Source: Pseudomonadota bacterium (lineage in GTDB: Bacteria; Desulfobacterota; Desulfobacteria; Desulfobacterales; RPRI01). Taken from it: 64,000 nt of DNA. Location of the stretch: contig JBDRRF010000067.1 in NCBI GenBank assembly GCA_043825875.1, forward strand, positions 32,001 to 96,000, read 5' to 3'. The notes under the pieces are model-generated. The model worked only from the letters and a program-made list of their open reading frames with translations. It was not told the DNA's origin and searched no databases. Position numbers and translations under genes: made by a program. This document shows positions 7,740-18,396 of the stretch, piece after piece. Each line of letters opens with the position of its first letter. Positions within the stretch are counted from its first letter, which is position 1.

Positions 7740-10700
7740 TTTTTATACAACCACACCCGCATAAGAGAGAGTAATTTCTCAATTTCAAACGGCTTTGCCA
7801 GATAATCACTTGCTCCGGCTTCTATGCACTTATTCCTTTCGCCGGTCATAGCTTTAGCCGTAAGCGCAATAATCGGCAAAGATTTAAACCTGTCTTGCTT
7901 TCTAATCTCCCCCATTGCTTCATATCCGTCCATTTCGGGCATCATTATATCCATCAAAACAAGATCGATTTCAGGATTATCACTTAAGCGATCCAGTCCT
8001 TCCCTGCCATTCTTTCCCACAATTATTTCCATCCCTTTTTCCTCAAGAATATTTGATACTGCAAAAACATTTCGCATATCATCATCTACAATAAGGACTT
8101 TTTTGTTTTTAAACACTGATTCCTTATCATGAACCATGCGGATCATCTTTTGTTTTTGTTCCGGAAGATCCTTCTCCACCCTATGCAAAAACAGGGTTGT
8201 TTCATTAAGAAGTCTTTCATAGGATTTCTCGCCTTTTATAATAATTGCTCCGGCCTGCCTTTGCAAAGCAACCTCATCTTCACGTGAGAATTCTTTGCTG
8301 GTATAGATAATAACCGGAACATCCTTTATGCTTTTATCGCTTTTAATCTTTTCCATAAGGTCCGGTCCGGACAAATCCTTTAAATCAAGATCAAGTATGA
8401 CACAATCGAATGCTCCTGTCCTTAATAATTCATAAGCTTTATCTCCGGCTTCGGCAATTTCTATACGGACATCTTTCCCATCAAGCAACTCTACGATATT
8501 CTTTCGTTCCATGTCATTATCTTCTACAATAAGAAGATGCCCAACCTTTTTTGTAATAATGTTTTCTATCTTTAAAAAAGCCGAATCAATATCCTCTATA
8601 GACACAGGCTTGACAAGAAATCCTATTGCCCCCATTTTTTTTGCAATATGGCTTTTATCATCAGAAGCAGAGATGAAATGAACGGGTATATGCCGGGTTA
8701 CAGCGTTTTCTTTTAATCTTTCCATTAGGCTTAAACCGTCCATCCCCGGTAAACCGATGTCTAAGATAATAGCTTTCGGTTTATAATAATCCGCAAAATG
8801 CAGTCCTGTTTCACCGGAACCGGCAATTAATCCTTTGAAGCCTCTTTCACGTGCAAGGTCCAGCAAAACTTCTGCAAATTTTGAATCATCTTCGATAATT
8901 AATATTGCTTTATCTTCTGCTGTAATCGTTTTTCTATCATCCTTTATAGATTCCAGCTCTGTTTGTATGGGTTCGGTTTGTTGATTGCTTCTTCTTTTAT
9001 CTGCCTCAGCAGCCGGGCTTATATCAGGTGACTTTATCGGAAAAGCCGTTACATCCGATTCTTTGGTTTTGTCCTTAGCTTCTTGTTCTTTGGGGGTTTC
9101 CGGAAGATATAGAGTAAACACCGTACCCTTTCCTTCCGTGCTTTCAAGCATAATCTCTCCTCCAAGCAGTGCAGCCATTTTTCTTGAAATAGTGAGCCCC
9201 AGACCTGTGCCTCCGTATTTTCTGGATGTGGTACCGTCTGCCTGTTGAAATGCTTCAAAAATTGATTGTTTTTTATCTTCCGGAATTCCTATGCCTGTAT
9301 CTGAAACGGAGAACGCAATAACTTTTTGATTGTCAAGGCCAATTTGTGAAAGATCAACATCATTACCGGGACGGAAAATATCAAGAGTAACAGCTCCCTG
9401 TTCGGTAAACTTAAAAGAATTGGAAAGAAGATTTTTTGCAATCTGTTCAATCTTTTGCCTATCGGTAATAAAACCGGGCGGAACTCCATCTTCCTGTTTT
9501 ATTGTAAAAGTCAGTCCTTTTTCCTCAGCTATGGCCATAAAATACCGCTTTAAGGTGTCACTTAAATCCGCTATTTCCATATGCTCAAAAACACATTCCA
9601 TCTTTCCGGATTCTACTTTAGCAAGGTCCAATGCCTCATTGATAAGCTTTAAGAGGTCTGCTCCGGCATCATGGATAGTTTGAACAAATTCAATGTTTTT
9701 CTGATCAAGATTCCCCTTCTTGTTTCCGGAAAGCAGTTTTGATAGAATAAGAATACTGTTTAGCGGCGTTCTTAGCTCATGCGACATGTTTGATAGAAAA
9801 TCCGATTTGTATTTACTCGCCACCTCCAGATCCCGTGCCTTTATTTCAACTAGCCTTTTTGCTTCTTCCAGCTCAACATTCTTCTTCCTGACATTTTCTT
9901 TTTGCGTTTCGAGCAACAGTGCGTTCTCTTCAAGATCAACATTCATCTCTTCCAAAGCTTTCTTCTGATCCTTCAATTTTTCTTCAGATTCTGTTAAAGC
10001 CAGTGCCTGTTCCTCAAGTTCCTGATTTACCAGTCGGAGCTCCTCCTGCTGGACCTTCAGTTCGGAAGACTGTGCCTGGGTTTCTTCCAGAAGTTTATGG
10101 GTACGGATATAAGCTTCGCAGGCGTAAATGGAAATCGCAACCCCATTACCTGCCTGATCAAGAAAATCCTTTTGCATGTCGGTAAATTCCTGAAAGGAGC
10201 CAATCTCTATTACCCCTTTAAGTTCATCTTCATAGAAAAAGGGTACAACCAGGATGTTGCGGGGAGCGGATTCACCCAGGCCTGAATTGATTTTTATATA
10301 ATCATCAGGCACATTATTTATGGTAATGCTTTTCTTTTCTATCGCAGCTTGTCCGACCAGACCTTCGCCGAATTTGAACTGATCAGGTATTTCCTTCCTT
10401 TTTTTATAGGCATAACCGCTTACCATACGAAGTATATTTTTGCCCTCAACCAGATAGAGCGCACCGATCTTTGCATCCAGACGGACACAAAGATAATCGA
10501 TAATTTTTCGGGCTAATACTGCTATATCCTGTTCGCCGCGTATCCGTTCGCCTAATTCAGCCTTGCCATTTTTTAACCAGTTTCGCTCCTGTTCCTTATG
10601 CTTATTATCTTTTAATGCTCGCGTCATGTTATTAAAAGCAAGCGTCAGAATCCCTATTTCGTCACGTGATTTTGAAGCAATCTCTTCCTGAGTAAAATCA

Positions 10701-11485
10701 CCGGCAGCAATTTTTTTAGCGCTTTTGGTTAACTCCATAAGAGGAGTTGTTATGGAACGCACTATTTTAATTCCGATAAAAGTATTTATAGCAACTAATA
10801 TTCCGGCCAATATAAAAAAGATCCATAAAGAAGCCGAAACCATCCATGATGAATAAGCACTTATATTGGAAGTGTATGCAGCAAAAAGCTCTTTATTTTT
10901 TTTGTCAAGATTAAATATTTGCACTAACTGCCAATTTTTTCTCATATTGAATTCATCTGTTTTATGATATTGTTCCGCTAATATGAGAATCTGTTGCATA
11001 TTCTTCAAAGATTCTGATGAAGTATTAGCGATTTTTTTTCTCAGTTGAGTTTGAGGAACAAGAATCGCCACTATCCCAGTAGCTTTGGCACTGTTGTAGT
11101 TTAGTGTCTCAAAGCTTTCAGAAACTCTTCCGGCAATATCGTCTAAAGATGTTGTTTTTGTTATTTTCACTAAATCCGTGAGAGCCTTTGTAGCGGCTAT
11201 AGAGCTATTAAGATGCTTTGCAAAGTCATTGTATGTTAAAACTGCCGTTTCATCCACCTGATCAGAAGGGTCATCTCTTTGTTTCAGTAAATATTCCCGA
11301 AACAACGAGATTGCATCAGAATATTGAATTTCAGTTTTGTGTTCGGCGCTCATTACAGTTCCTACCATATTAATCACGACCATTAAAAAAGCTGAAACAA
11401 CAAAGAGCAATACAAACGCTGCAATAGTAGAGGTGATAAACGCATAAATTTTTTTGCCGATGGAATCCTTTATAGAAAGTTTCAT
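7736..11485 (-). CDS. Hybrid sensor histidine kinase (2 TM-HAMP-GAF-coiled coil-HisKA-HATPase-3xREC)
   Basis: MSHELRTPLN H-box, NLLSNSFKFT, DTGIG and GGTGLGL; three receiver domains. Confidence 0.95.
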   Translation of the reverse strand: MKLSIKDSIGKKIYAFITSTIAAFVLLFVVSAFLMVVINMVGTVMSAEHKTEIQYSDAISLFREYLLKQRDDPSDQVDETAVLTYNDFAKHLNSSIAATKALTDLVKITKTTSLDDIAGRVSESFETLNYNSAKATGIVAILVPQTQLRKKIANTSSESLKNMQQILILAEQYHKTDEFNMRKNWQLVQIFNLDKKNKELFAAYTSNISAYSSWMVSASLWIFFILAGILVAINTFIGIKIVRSITTPLMELTKSAKKIAAGDFTQEEIASKSRDEIGILTLAFNNMTRALKDNKHKEQERNWLKNGKAELGERIRGEQDIAVLARKIIDYLCVRLDAKIGALYLVEGKNILRMVSGYAYKKRKEIPDQFKFGEGLVGQAAIEKKSITINNVPDDYIKINSGLGESAPRNILVVPFFYEDELKGVIEIGSFQEFTDMQKDFLDQAGNGVAISIYACEAYIRTHKLLEETQAQSSELKVQQEELRLVNQELEEQALALTESEEKLKDQKKALEEMNVDLEENALLLETQKENVRKKNVELEEAKRLVEIKARDLEVASKYKSDFLSNMSHELRTPLNSILILSKLLSGNKKGNLDQKNIEFVQTIHDAGADLLKLINEALDLAKVESGKMECVFEHMEIADLSDTLKRYFMAIAEEKGLTFTIKQEDGVPPGFITDRQKIEQIAKNLLSNSFKFTEQGAVTLDIFRPGNDVDLSQIGLDNQKVIAFSVSDTGIGIPEDKKQSIFEAFQQADGTTSRKYGGTGLGLTISRKMAALLGGEIMLESTEGKGTVFTLYLPETPKEQEAKDKTKESDVTAFPIKSPDISPAAEADKRRSNQQTEPIQTELESIKDDRKTITAEDKAILIIEDDSKFAEVLLDLARERGFKGLIAGSGETGLHFADYYKPKAIILDIGLPGMDGLSLMERLKENAVTRHIPVHFISASDDKSHIAKKMGAIGFLVKPVSIEDIDSAFLKIENIITKKVGHLLIVEDNDMERKNIVELLDGKDVRIEIAEAGDKAYELLRTGAFDCVILDLDLKDLSGPDLMEKIKSDKSIKDVPVIIYTSKEFSREDEVALQRQAGAIIIKGEKSYERLLNETTLFLHRVEKDLPEQKQKMIRMVHDKESVFKNKKVLIVDDDMRNVFAVSNILEEKGMEIIVGKNGREGLDRLSDNPEIDLVLMDIMMPEMDGYEAMGEIRKQDRFKSLPIIALTAKAMTGERNKCIEAGASDYLAKPFEIEKLLSLMRVWLYKN

Positions 11486-13350
11486 AGCTTAAATCTCTCT
11501 TCATTAAAAAGTTTAAGACAGGCATCAACAGCAGCCGGATCATAAAGGATGCCCTTATTCCTGGAAATTTCATCCAGAGCTTTTTCGATTCCATGAGCAG
11601 GGCGGTAAGGACGGTGTGAAGCTATGGCCTCCACCACATCAGCTACGGCAAGTATTCGTGACTCAAGAAGAATGTTCTCCTCTTTAAGGCCCTGAGGATA
11701 TCCTGAACCGTTTATTCTCTCGTGATGTTGAAGAACGATTTGAGCCACAGGATATGGGAAATCTATAGTTTCAAGAATTTTATAACCGGCTGTGGCATGC
11801 ATTTTTACAAGTTCAAATTCTATATTGTTCAGTTGTGATGGTTTGGTAAGAATCTCCGATGGAACATTCAGTTTGCCGATATCATGTATAATTCCGGCCA
11901 TTCTCAGTCCCTTGATCTGCACTTCGGTTAGTTTCATCTCCTTTGCAATAGCTACAGCCAGGCTTGTTGTCCTTTCCTGGTGGCCGGCTGTATACATATC
12001 CCGGTTTTCCACGATCATAGCCATTGCACGTACGATATCTTCTACGTTTTGTATCAGCCGTTCCTCTGCCTGTTTGCGTTTGCTTATGTCGGAAAAAATA
12101 CCCTCATAGTATAGCAAAACACCGCTTTCATCTCTTACGGCACGCGCATTCTCTGATACCCAGGCTTTGGTTTTATCTTTGCGGTAGACAGGATATTCAA
12201 AATCCCTGACTTCACCATGGCTTTCCATAATACGGCTAAACTCGGCATAATCATCAGGGTTAATATATACCTGATGGCAAATATCCGTAATATTTGTCAT
12301 CAGATCCTGGGGAGAATCGTAACCAAACACACGGGCAAGGGCCGGATTGGCAGAAATTATTTTCCCATCCGGCAAACGCTGATAGATTCCATCAAGCATG
12401 TTTTCAAAAATCGAACGGTATTTTTTCTCACCTTCACGTATCTGTAAATAAAGTTGCGTTCTTTCCAGAATCGGGGAAATAATGCTGACAAGAATACCAA
12501 GCACATTCAACTGCCCCATCGTGAAATGGCGGTGGTTTTTTGTAATATTTACATTCAGCACGCCGACTAGTTTGCCGCTTGACATCATTGGCATGGAAAC
12601 AGACGTTTGAATGTCGCTGCGCTGCATGAAGGGCGTAACACGCGGGTCATTAACTTCTCCCCGCAACACCATGGGCTCAAGGTTGCGTGCCACCCATCCG
12701 GCAACCCCTTGCTCCAAAGGTATTCGCACCCCGATTTTTTCTGTACTCCCATTGCCGCGTACTATAGCAACATAAAGCGCTTTACCGTCTGCTGTGGGCA
12801 GCATGATGGAAACTTCATCTGCCTCACACTGTAAAAGAGCAGCATCGGCTACTCTATTCATAATTGAATCCAGATCGGAAGAAAAAGCTATAGCTTTTCC
12901 CAATTCATGAATAGCAACTGTTTCACGCAATTGCATGTTTTCTGTTCGCAGACTACGCATCTGCATGGCACGGGAAAGTATAGGCAGAAGATTCTTCAGC
13001 CTGAAGGGTTTCTGAATGTAGTCGAAAGCTCCAGTCTTCATTGCTTCAACAGCAGTTTGTATAGTTCCATATCCTGTCATCACAATGCAGACAAGATTAG
13101 GATCAATTTCAAGTCCTGCACGCAGAAAATCTATTCCATTTATGCCCGGCATCATCAAATCGGTTATGAGCAGATCGAATTCCTGTTTTTTAAGAGATTC
13201 TAAAGCTTCTGCTCCTTTGCAAAAACCCGCTGCTTCATAACCCTCTTCTACTAGCAATTTACAAAGAGGTTCCATCATTCCGATTTCGTCATCCAAGACC
13301 AAAACACGCCCTGCTTTACCATTTGATTTCTCAGTTGTCATATTTTCCAT
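11482..13350 (-). CDS. REC-GAF-PAS-HD-GYP c-di-GMP phosphodiesterase
   Basis: IHDIGK, HHERINGSGYP and HRPYR motifs. Confidence 0.93.
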   Translation of the reverse strand: MENMTTEKSNGKAGRVLVLDDEIGMMEPLCKLLVEEGYEAAGFCKGAEALESLKKQEFDLLITDLMMPGINGIDFLRAGLEIDPNLVCIVMTGYGTIQTAVEAMKTGAFDYIQKPFRLKNLLPILSRAMQMRSLRTENMQLRETVAIHELGKAIAFSSDLDSIMNRVADAALLQCEADEVSIMLPTADGKALYVAIVRGNGSTEKIGVRIPLEQGVAGWVARNLEPMVLRGEVNDPRVTPFMQRSDIQTSVSMPMMSSGKLVGVLNVNITKNHRHFTMGQLNVLGILVSIISPILERTQLYLQIREGEKKYRSIFENMLDGIYQRLPDGKIISANPALARVFGYDSPQDLMTNITDICHQVYINPDDYAEFSRIMESHGEVRDFEYPVYRKDKTKAWVSENARAVRDESGVLLYYEGIFSDISKRKQAEERLIQNVEDIVRAMAMIVENRDMYTAGHQERTTSLAVAIAKEMKLTEVQIKGLRMAGIIHDIGKLNVPSEILTKPSQLNNIEFELVKMHATAGYKILETIDFPYPVAQIVLQHHERINGSGYPQGLKEENILLESRILAVADVVEAIASHRPYRPAHGIEKALDEISRNKGILYDPAAVDACLKLFNEERFKL

Positions 13351-13374
13351 CGGCCAACCTCTTAAACAAAAAAA

Positions 13375-14751
13375 TTAAAACTCAAATCCCTTTTCATTAA
13401 AAGTCCTAAGACAGGCATCCACAACTGCCGGATCATAAAGAATGCCTTTTTTCTCCGAGATTTCCTCAAGAGCTTTGCCAACTCCCAAAGCCGGGCGGTA
13501 AGGGCGGTGGGATGCCATGGCTTCTACAACATCGGCAACACTCAATATGCGTGTTTCTAAAAGAATATCATCGCCTTTAAGGGCATTTGGGTAGCCTGAA
13601 CCATCCAACCTTTCGTGATGTTGTAAAACAATTTGTGCAACCGGCCAGGGTAATTCTATATCTTTTAAGATATTATAACCGGCTTCCGGATGAGTCCTTA
13701 TAAGCTGGTATTCAAGTTCACTTAATTTCGAAGGTTTGCTCAAAATATCGGCAGGAACCGACAACTTGCCTATGTCATGTATTGACCCTACCATGCCGAT
13801 TCCCTCTATCTGCTGCGTTGGTAAATTCATTTCTGAGGCAATTGCCTCCGCAAGTTTGGCCACACGCCTCTGATGGCCGGATGTGTATGGGTCGCGGGTT
13901 TCTATCGTTAATGCCATGGTTTGAATAATGCCTTTGGTGGCTTTTTGCAGCCTTTCCAGGCTTTCTTTTAGGCTTTCTTTAAATTTTTTGTCTTCATCTA
14001 TATTGATAATCAGACCGCGTAAGCCGACAATTTTATTATCTCTGATTATCGAGCGGCTTGAAGAACTTATCCAAATTGTTTCCCCTGTTTTTTTAACAAT
14101 CCGGTATTCACTTGGTTCAAGACGGTTTGACAGCCTTTTTTCAAACTGCTTCTTAATATAGGGGAGATCATCCGGACAGATAAGCATAAATAATGAACGG
14201 CCGGTTATTTCTTCCTGACTATATCCTGTCAATGGCAGTATAGAGGGAGTGATATAGGTAACAATCCCTTTGGTATCTACCGTATAAATTATATTGCTGA
14301 TGTTTTCGACAAGCTCCCGGTATTTTTCCTCCGACTCTTTCAATGCGTTTTCACTTTGCGTTCGCTGTATTTTTAACTCCGATTCCTTCAAAGCCCTTTT
14401 AACTGCCTGTCCAAGCCGGAAAAGTCTTCCTTTAATAACATAATCAGTTGCACCGCTTTTTAACGATTCAACGGCAATTTCCTCGCCTATCGTACCGGAA
14501 ACAAAAATGAACGGCACATCAGGGCATCTTTTCAGAGCAATCTTCAGCGCGGACAGTCCGTCAAATGCAGGGAGTGTGAAATCTGCAAGAATCAGGTCCA
14601 CGTTGTGGTTTTCTATTGTAAAAAGAAAGTCTTTTTCATTATCCACACGAATAAATTCATACTCAATTCCTGCAGCAGAAAGGGTTTCCTTTATCAGCTC
14701 AGCATCAAGCAAATTGTCTTCAAGATTTAGAATATGTAAATTTTGTTTCAT
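13375..14751 (-). CDS. REC-PAS-HD-GYP c-di-GMP phosphodiesterase
   Basis: IHDIGK and HHERLDGSGYP motifs. Confidence 0.93.
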   Translation of the reverse strand: MKQNLHILNLEDNLLDAELIKETLSAAGIEYEFIRVDNEKDFLFTIENHNVDLILADFTLPAFDGLSALKIALKRCPDVPFIFVSGTIGEEIAVESLKSGATDYVIKGRLFRLGQAVKRALKESELKIQRTQSENALKESEEKYRELVENISNIIYTVDTKGIVTYITPSILPLTGYSQEEITGRSLFMLICPDDLPYIKKQFEKRLSNRLEPSEYRIVKKTGETIWISSSSRSIIRDNKIVGLRGLIINIDEDKKFKESLKESLERLQKATKGIIQTMALTIETRDPYTSGHQRRVAKLAEAIASEMNLPTQQIEGIGMVGSIHDIGKLSVPADILSKPSKLSELEYQLIRTHPEAGYNILKDIELPWPVAQIVLQHHERLDGSGYPNALKGDDILLETRILSVADVVEAMASHRPYRPALGVGKALEEISEKKGILYDPAVVDACLRTFNEKGFEF

Positions 14752-14763
14752 AATAGTCAGTTG

Positions 14764-15207
14764 TTACAAATCCGGAGGAGATTCATTTATTATTGCCCAG
14801 AATAATCCAAGCATCTTGACTGCTCTAACAAATTCATTGAAATCTATAGGTTTTACAACATAGGCATTTACTCCCAGCTTATAGCTTGCAATCAGATCTT
14901 TTTCCTCATTTGATGATGTAAAAATAACCACAGGTATTAATCTGAGCTTCTCATCATTTCTGATTATTTTAAGCACTTCAAGCCCGTTTATTTTTGGGAG
15001 CTTAATATCTAAAAAAATGACCACTGGATTAACTGCAGAACGTGATGAATATTTCCCCCTGCATTGCAGATATTCAATAGCTTCTTCCCCGTCACGGACC
15101 ACATCGACCGGGTTTGCGATATTGTTTTCAGCAAGAGCTTCCATGGCCAGTTCCACATCATTAATATTATCTTCCACCAGTAGAATTCTTTTTAAAGCGA
15201 TAGGCAT
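14764..15207 (-). CDS. Single-domain response regulator (Rcp1/BphR-like)
   Basis: LVEDN, FLDIKLPKING, GVNAYVVKP and FW motifs. Confidence 0.93.
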   Translation of the reverse strand: MPIALKRILLVEDNINDVELAMEALAENNIANPVDVVRDGEEAIEYLQCRGKYSSRSAVNPVVIFLDIKLPKINGLEVLKIIRNDEKLRLIPVVIFTSSNEEKDLIASYKLGVNAYVVKPIDFNEFVRAVKMLGLFWAIINESPPDL

Positions 15208-15284
15208 AGATTCTCCGTATTAGTTGCCAAAATAATTATCCGATTCCCGTAATAATTGTTTGGTTAAGCATCAATCTTACTTTT

Positions 15285-18200
15285 TCACACCGATCCCTGT
15301 TGCCCCGGCAAACTAAAATAAAACGTAGCCCCCTTATCCACGGCTCCTTTGGCCCAGGTTTTCCCTCCATGCCGGTGTATTATCCTGCGAACATTAGCAA
15401 GCCCTATGCCTGTGCCTTCAAATTCCTCATCCCGGTGCAGACGCTGAAAAACGCCGAAAAGTTTATCTACATATTTCATATCAAAACCAGCACCATTATC
15501 TTTAACATAAATACATATTTCATCTTTAATATCGGGCATACTTCCGATTTCTATAATAGCCATGTTTCTTTCCTTTGTAAATTTTAAAGCATTCGATATA
15601 AGATTTGCAAAAACCAGCTTTAACATGGCAGGATCTCCGGTAACATCGGGGAGGTTGCTGATTTTCCATTCGATATTTCTTGCTTTCGTTTCAATTTTAA
15701 AATCATTTATCACTTCGCTGACAAGGTTGCCGATATTTACATTCTTTTTCATCATTTCAGTGCGTCCCATGCGTGAAAAAGAAAGAAGGTCATCAATAAG
15801 CGCTCCCATTCTGGCTGCCGAATCCTTGATAATTTCCAGATAGTGCCTGCTTTTTTCATCAAGCGATTGATTTATGCGTTTATCAAGCAGTTGCGCAAAG
15901 CCTGTTATATGTTGAAGTGGTGATCTTAAATCATGAGAAACAGAATAGCTGAAGGACTCAAGCTCTCTGATCATTTCTTCAAGCCTGGCTGTTCGCTCCT
16001 GTACTCGTTTTTCCAGCTCGGCGTTTAATTTCTGGATTTGTTTCTGAGCCTCTTTCTGATCCTCCACAATACTTAACAGTACATAACGCGATTCTTCGGC
16101 ATCCTTAAGCAGTTTCTGTATTTCTTCATTTGCAGCAAGCATCTTCTCTTCCGCCTGCTTTTGCTTGGTTATATCCATTATATTGCCGAATACACGGGCT
16201 ATCTTGCCTTCTTTGCGTTCGGCCTGTCCGGTCGTCCAGACCCATAGCAATGTTCCGTCCGCCTTGGTGGAGCGTATGATAAGATCATAGGGTTCGCCAT
16301 TTTCAAGAGCCCGCCGGAATGCTTCGTTAATTTTTCCCCGGTCTTCAGGAAAATAAAACTTTGTTTCAAAGTCAGGGTTGTTAGGATCGTATTCTTTTGA
16401 TACGCCGTGAATATTATAAACTTCATCACTCCATAACATCCTTTTGCTTTCTACATCATATTCCCAGCCTCCAACATGGCTTATTTTCTGGGTTTCTTTA
16501 AGAAGACTTTCACTTTTTTTGAGGTTTTCCTCCGCTTGTTTTTGTGAAGTGATATCTCCATGTATCCCAAGCATTTCTATCGGGTGGCCCTCATTGTCCC
16601 ATTCAACAATCTTTCCTACAGAAAGAATCCATACCCATTCCCCTGATTTTGACTGCAATCTGAATTCTGCTCTGAAAATTGGAAGTTTTCCCTGAATGCA
16701 TGCTTCATATATTTTCATGACGTTTTGACAGTCGTCAGGGTGTACCTTTTTGAAAAATTCATCTATTGTTTCCAATATATCAACTGAACCCAGACCCGTC
16801 ATGACAGAGTATTCAGGATCGGTATTTGCCTTGCCGGTTATTAAGTTCAAATTATAAATGCCAAACTTAGCAGTCCTTAATGCCAGTTGCAGCCTATCTT
16901 TACTCTCGCGTAAGGTTTTTTCCGCAGCTTTTCGTTCAGAAATATCGGTAATAAAGGCATAGTAGTAGTCCGGCAGGCCTTTTTCATCTCTTACAAGGTG
17001 AACTAACAATTCAACCGGAACACGGGAGCCGTCTTTACGAATATATTCTTTTTTATAACGTATTGGATTTCCTGTGATGTATAATTCTTTAAGAGCTAAC
17101 CGTTCGGATTCAATCCATTCCGTATGTGTGAAATAGTTCGGTTGTTTAATATTTTCAATCTCTTCCCTGCTGTAACCAAGAAGTCTTGCAAAAGCATTGT
17201 TGAATAAGCCGATACGACCGTTGGGATAGCCTACAGCAAAGGGTTGTGATGATTTTTCAAGAAGATTTGCAAAAAAAGCGGTTTTTTGCCGGCTTTCATT
17301 AAGAGCTTCCGCTATGATGCGGCGTTCCTGTTCAGCTGTAAGCTGCTGTTTAAGACTACGGTTGTTTTGCTGTTTTAATATAAAACCTACACCTGTAAAA
17401 AAGAATAGAAGCAGAGTAAGTAATATTGCTCCGCTTTGCCAAGCCTGTTGGCGTGCAGCTGTATAAATTTCCTCCCGGTCTATTTTTGCCACCATAAACC
17501 AGTCTGTCCCTGGAATGTTTCGAATATCGGCAAGTACCGGCACATCGCGATAGTCAATTCCTTCTATAATTCCTTTTTGCCCAGATACGGCCATAGCAGC
17601 AGGAAGGCTCATCTTCGAATCAAAAGGTATTCGCAATTTAAGCGCTGTGTTTTTACGGTGGCGCAGTTCATTTAAAAACAATATATTATTGCCTTCGCGT
17701 CGTACAAGAAGAGTTTCAGCACTATATCTGGCAGATGGCCATGTTTGAATTAAGGGATACAATAACTTATAGGGATCGATCTGTATCATCCAGGCGCCTT
17801 TTGCCCTGCCATCTTCGCCCTGTTTGATTCCTACCGGGATATATATGCTAAGATGAATATATTTCCAGGCATGGTCATCCCTGTGAAGATCTATGGGTAA
17901 AACAGTATCGGATAAAATAGCAGCCTGAAAATATTTGTTGTGCGAAATATCAAAAGCCGGCAAAGCTTTCGGAACAGATAAAAGCGGCATTCCCTTTGAA
18001 TCGAAAAGAATCATCTGCTTGTATTCATGATTTTTCTGCCGGTTTTCCATCCATTCAAGCAATTCCTGCTGAAGAACAACATTTTTTGAACCAGACAGTA
18101 ACTCTATGGTTTTTTCCTGAACTATTTGATTGTTTGAAATAACCTTGGCATCTCTTAAATGATATTTATACCAGCTTTCAATCTGGCTGACTTTAAGATC

Positions 18201-18392
18201 TGCTACCGCAGAAATTTCTATTTGTGCCGCCTCTCTTGCTTCTGAAAACTGGCGTTTTATATCGAAATAACCCAGAATTGCTAAAGCAATAACCAGAAAT
18301 ATAAAGATTGCCGCAATTTCTGTCACAGACCAGCGGGGCGGTGAAAATTTTTGCTGTGCGGTAGTATTTTCTAAGGGTGTTTTCAGGTTCAT
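15285..18392 (-). CDS. Membrane Cache/multi-PAS sensor histidine kinase (phytochrome-kinase-like HisKA)
   Basis: FSYSVSHDLRSPL, DNGAGF, FQRLH and GTGIGLA motifs; three PAS domains. Start placed at ATG 18392, just after the upstream stop. Confidence 0.93.
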   Translation of the reverse strand: MNLKTPLENTTAQQKFSPPRWSVTEIAAIFIFLVIALAILGYFDIKRQFSEAREAAQIEISAVADLKVSQIESWYKYHLRDAKVISNNQIVQEKTIELLSGSKNVVLQQELLEWMENRQKNHEYKQMILFDSKGMPLLSVPKALPAFDISHNKYFQAAILSDTVLPIDLHRDDHAWKYIHLSIYIPVGIKQGEDGRAKGAWMIQIDPYKLLYPLIQTWPSARYSAETLLVRREGNNILFLNELRHRKNTALKLRIPFDSKMSLPAAMAVSGQKGIIEGIDYRDVPVLADIRNIPGTDWFMVAKIDREEIYTAARQQAWQSGAILLTLLLFFFTGVGFILKQQNNRSLKQQLTAEQERRIIAEALNESRQKTAFFANLLEKSSQPFAVGYPNGRIGLFNNAFARLLGYSREEIENIKQPNYFTHTEWIESERLALKELYITGNPIRYKKEYIRKDGSRVPVELLVHLVRDEKGLPDYYYAFITDISERKAAEKTLRESKDRLQLALRTAKFGIYNLNLITGKANTDPEYSVMTGLGSVDILETIDEFFKKVHPDDCQNVMKIYEACIQGKLPIFRAEFRLQSKSGEWVWILSVGKIVEWDNEGHPIEMLGIHGDITSQKQAEENLKKSESLLKETQKISHVGGWEYDVESKRMLWSDEVYNIHGVSKEYDPNNPDFETKFYFPEDRGKINEAFRRALENGEPYDLIIRSTKADGTLLWVWTTGQAERKEGKIARVFGNIMDITKQKQAEEKMLAANEEIQKLLKDAEESRYVLLSIVEDQKEAQKQIQKLNAELEKRVQERTARLEEMIRELESFSYSVSHDLRSPLQHITGFAQLLDKRINQSLDEKSRHYLEIIKDSAARMGALIDDLLSFSRMGRTEMMKKNVNIGNLVSEVINDFKIETKARNIEWKISNLPDVTGDPAMLKLVFANLISNALKFTKERNMAIIEIGSMPDIKDEICIYVKDNGAGFDMKYVDKLFGVFQRLHRDEEFEGTGIGLANVRRIIHRHGGKTWAKGAVDKGATFYFSLPGQQGSV

Positions 18393-18396
18393 GGTA

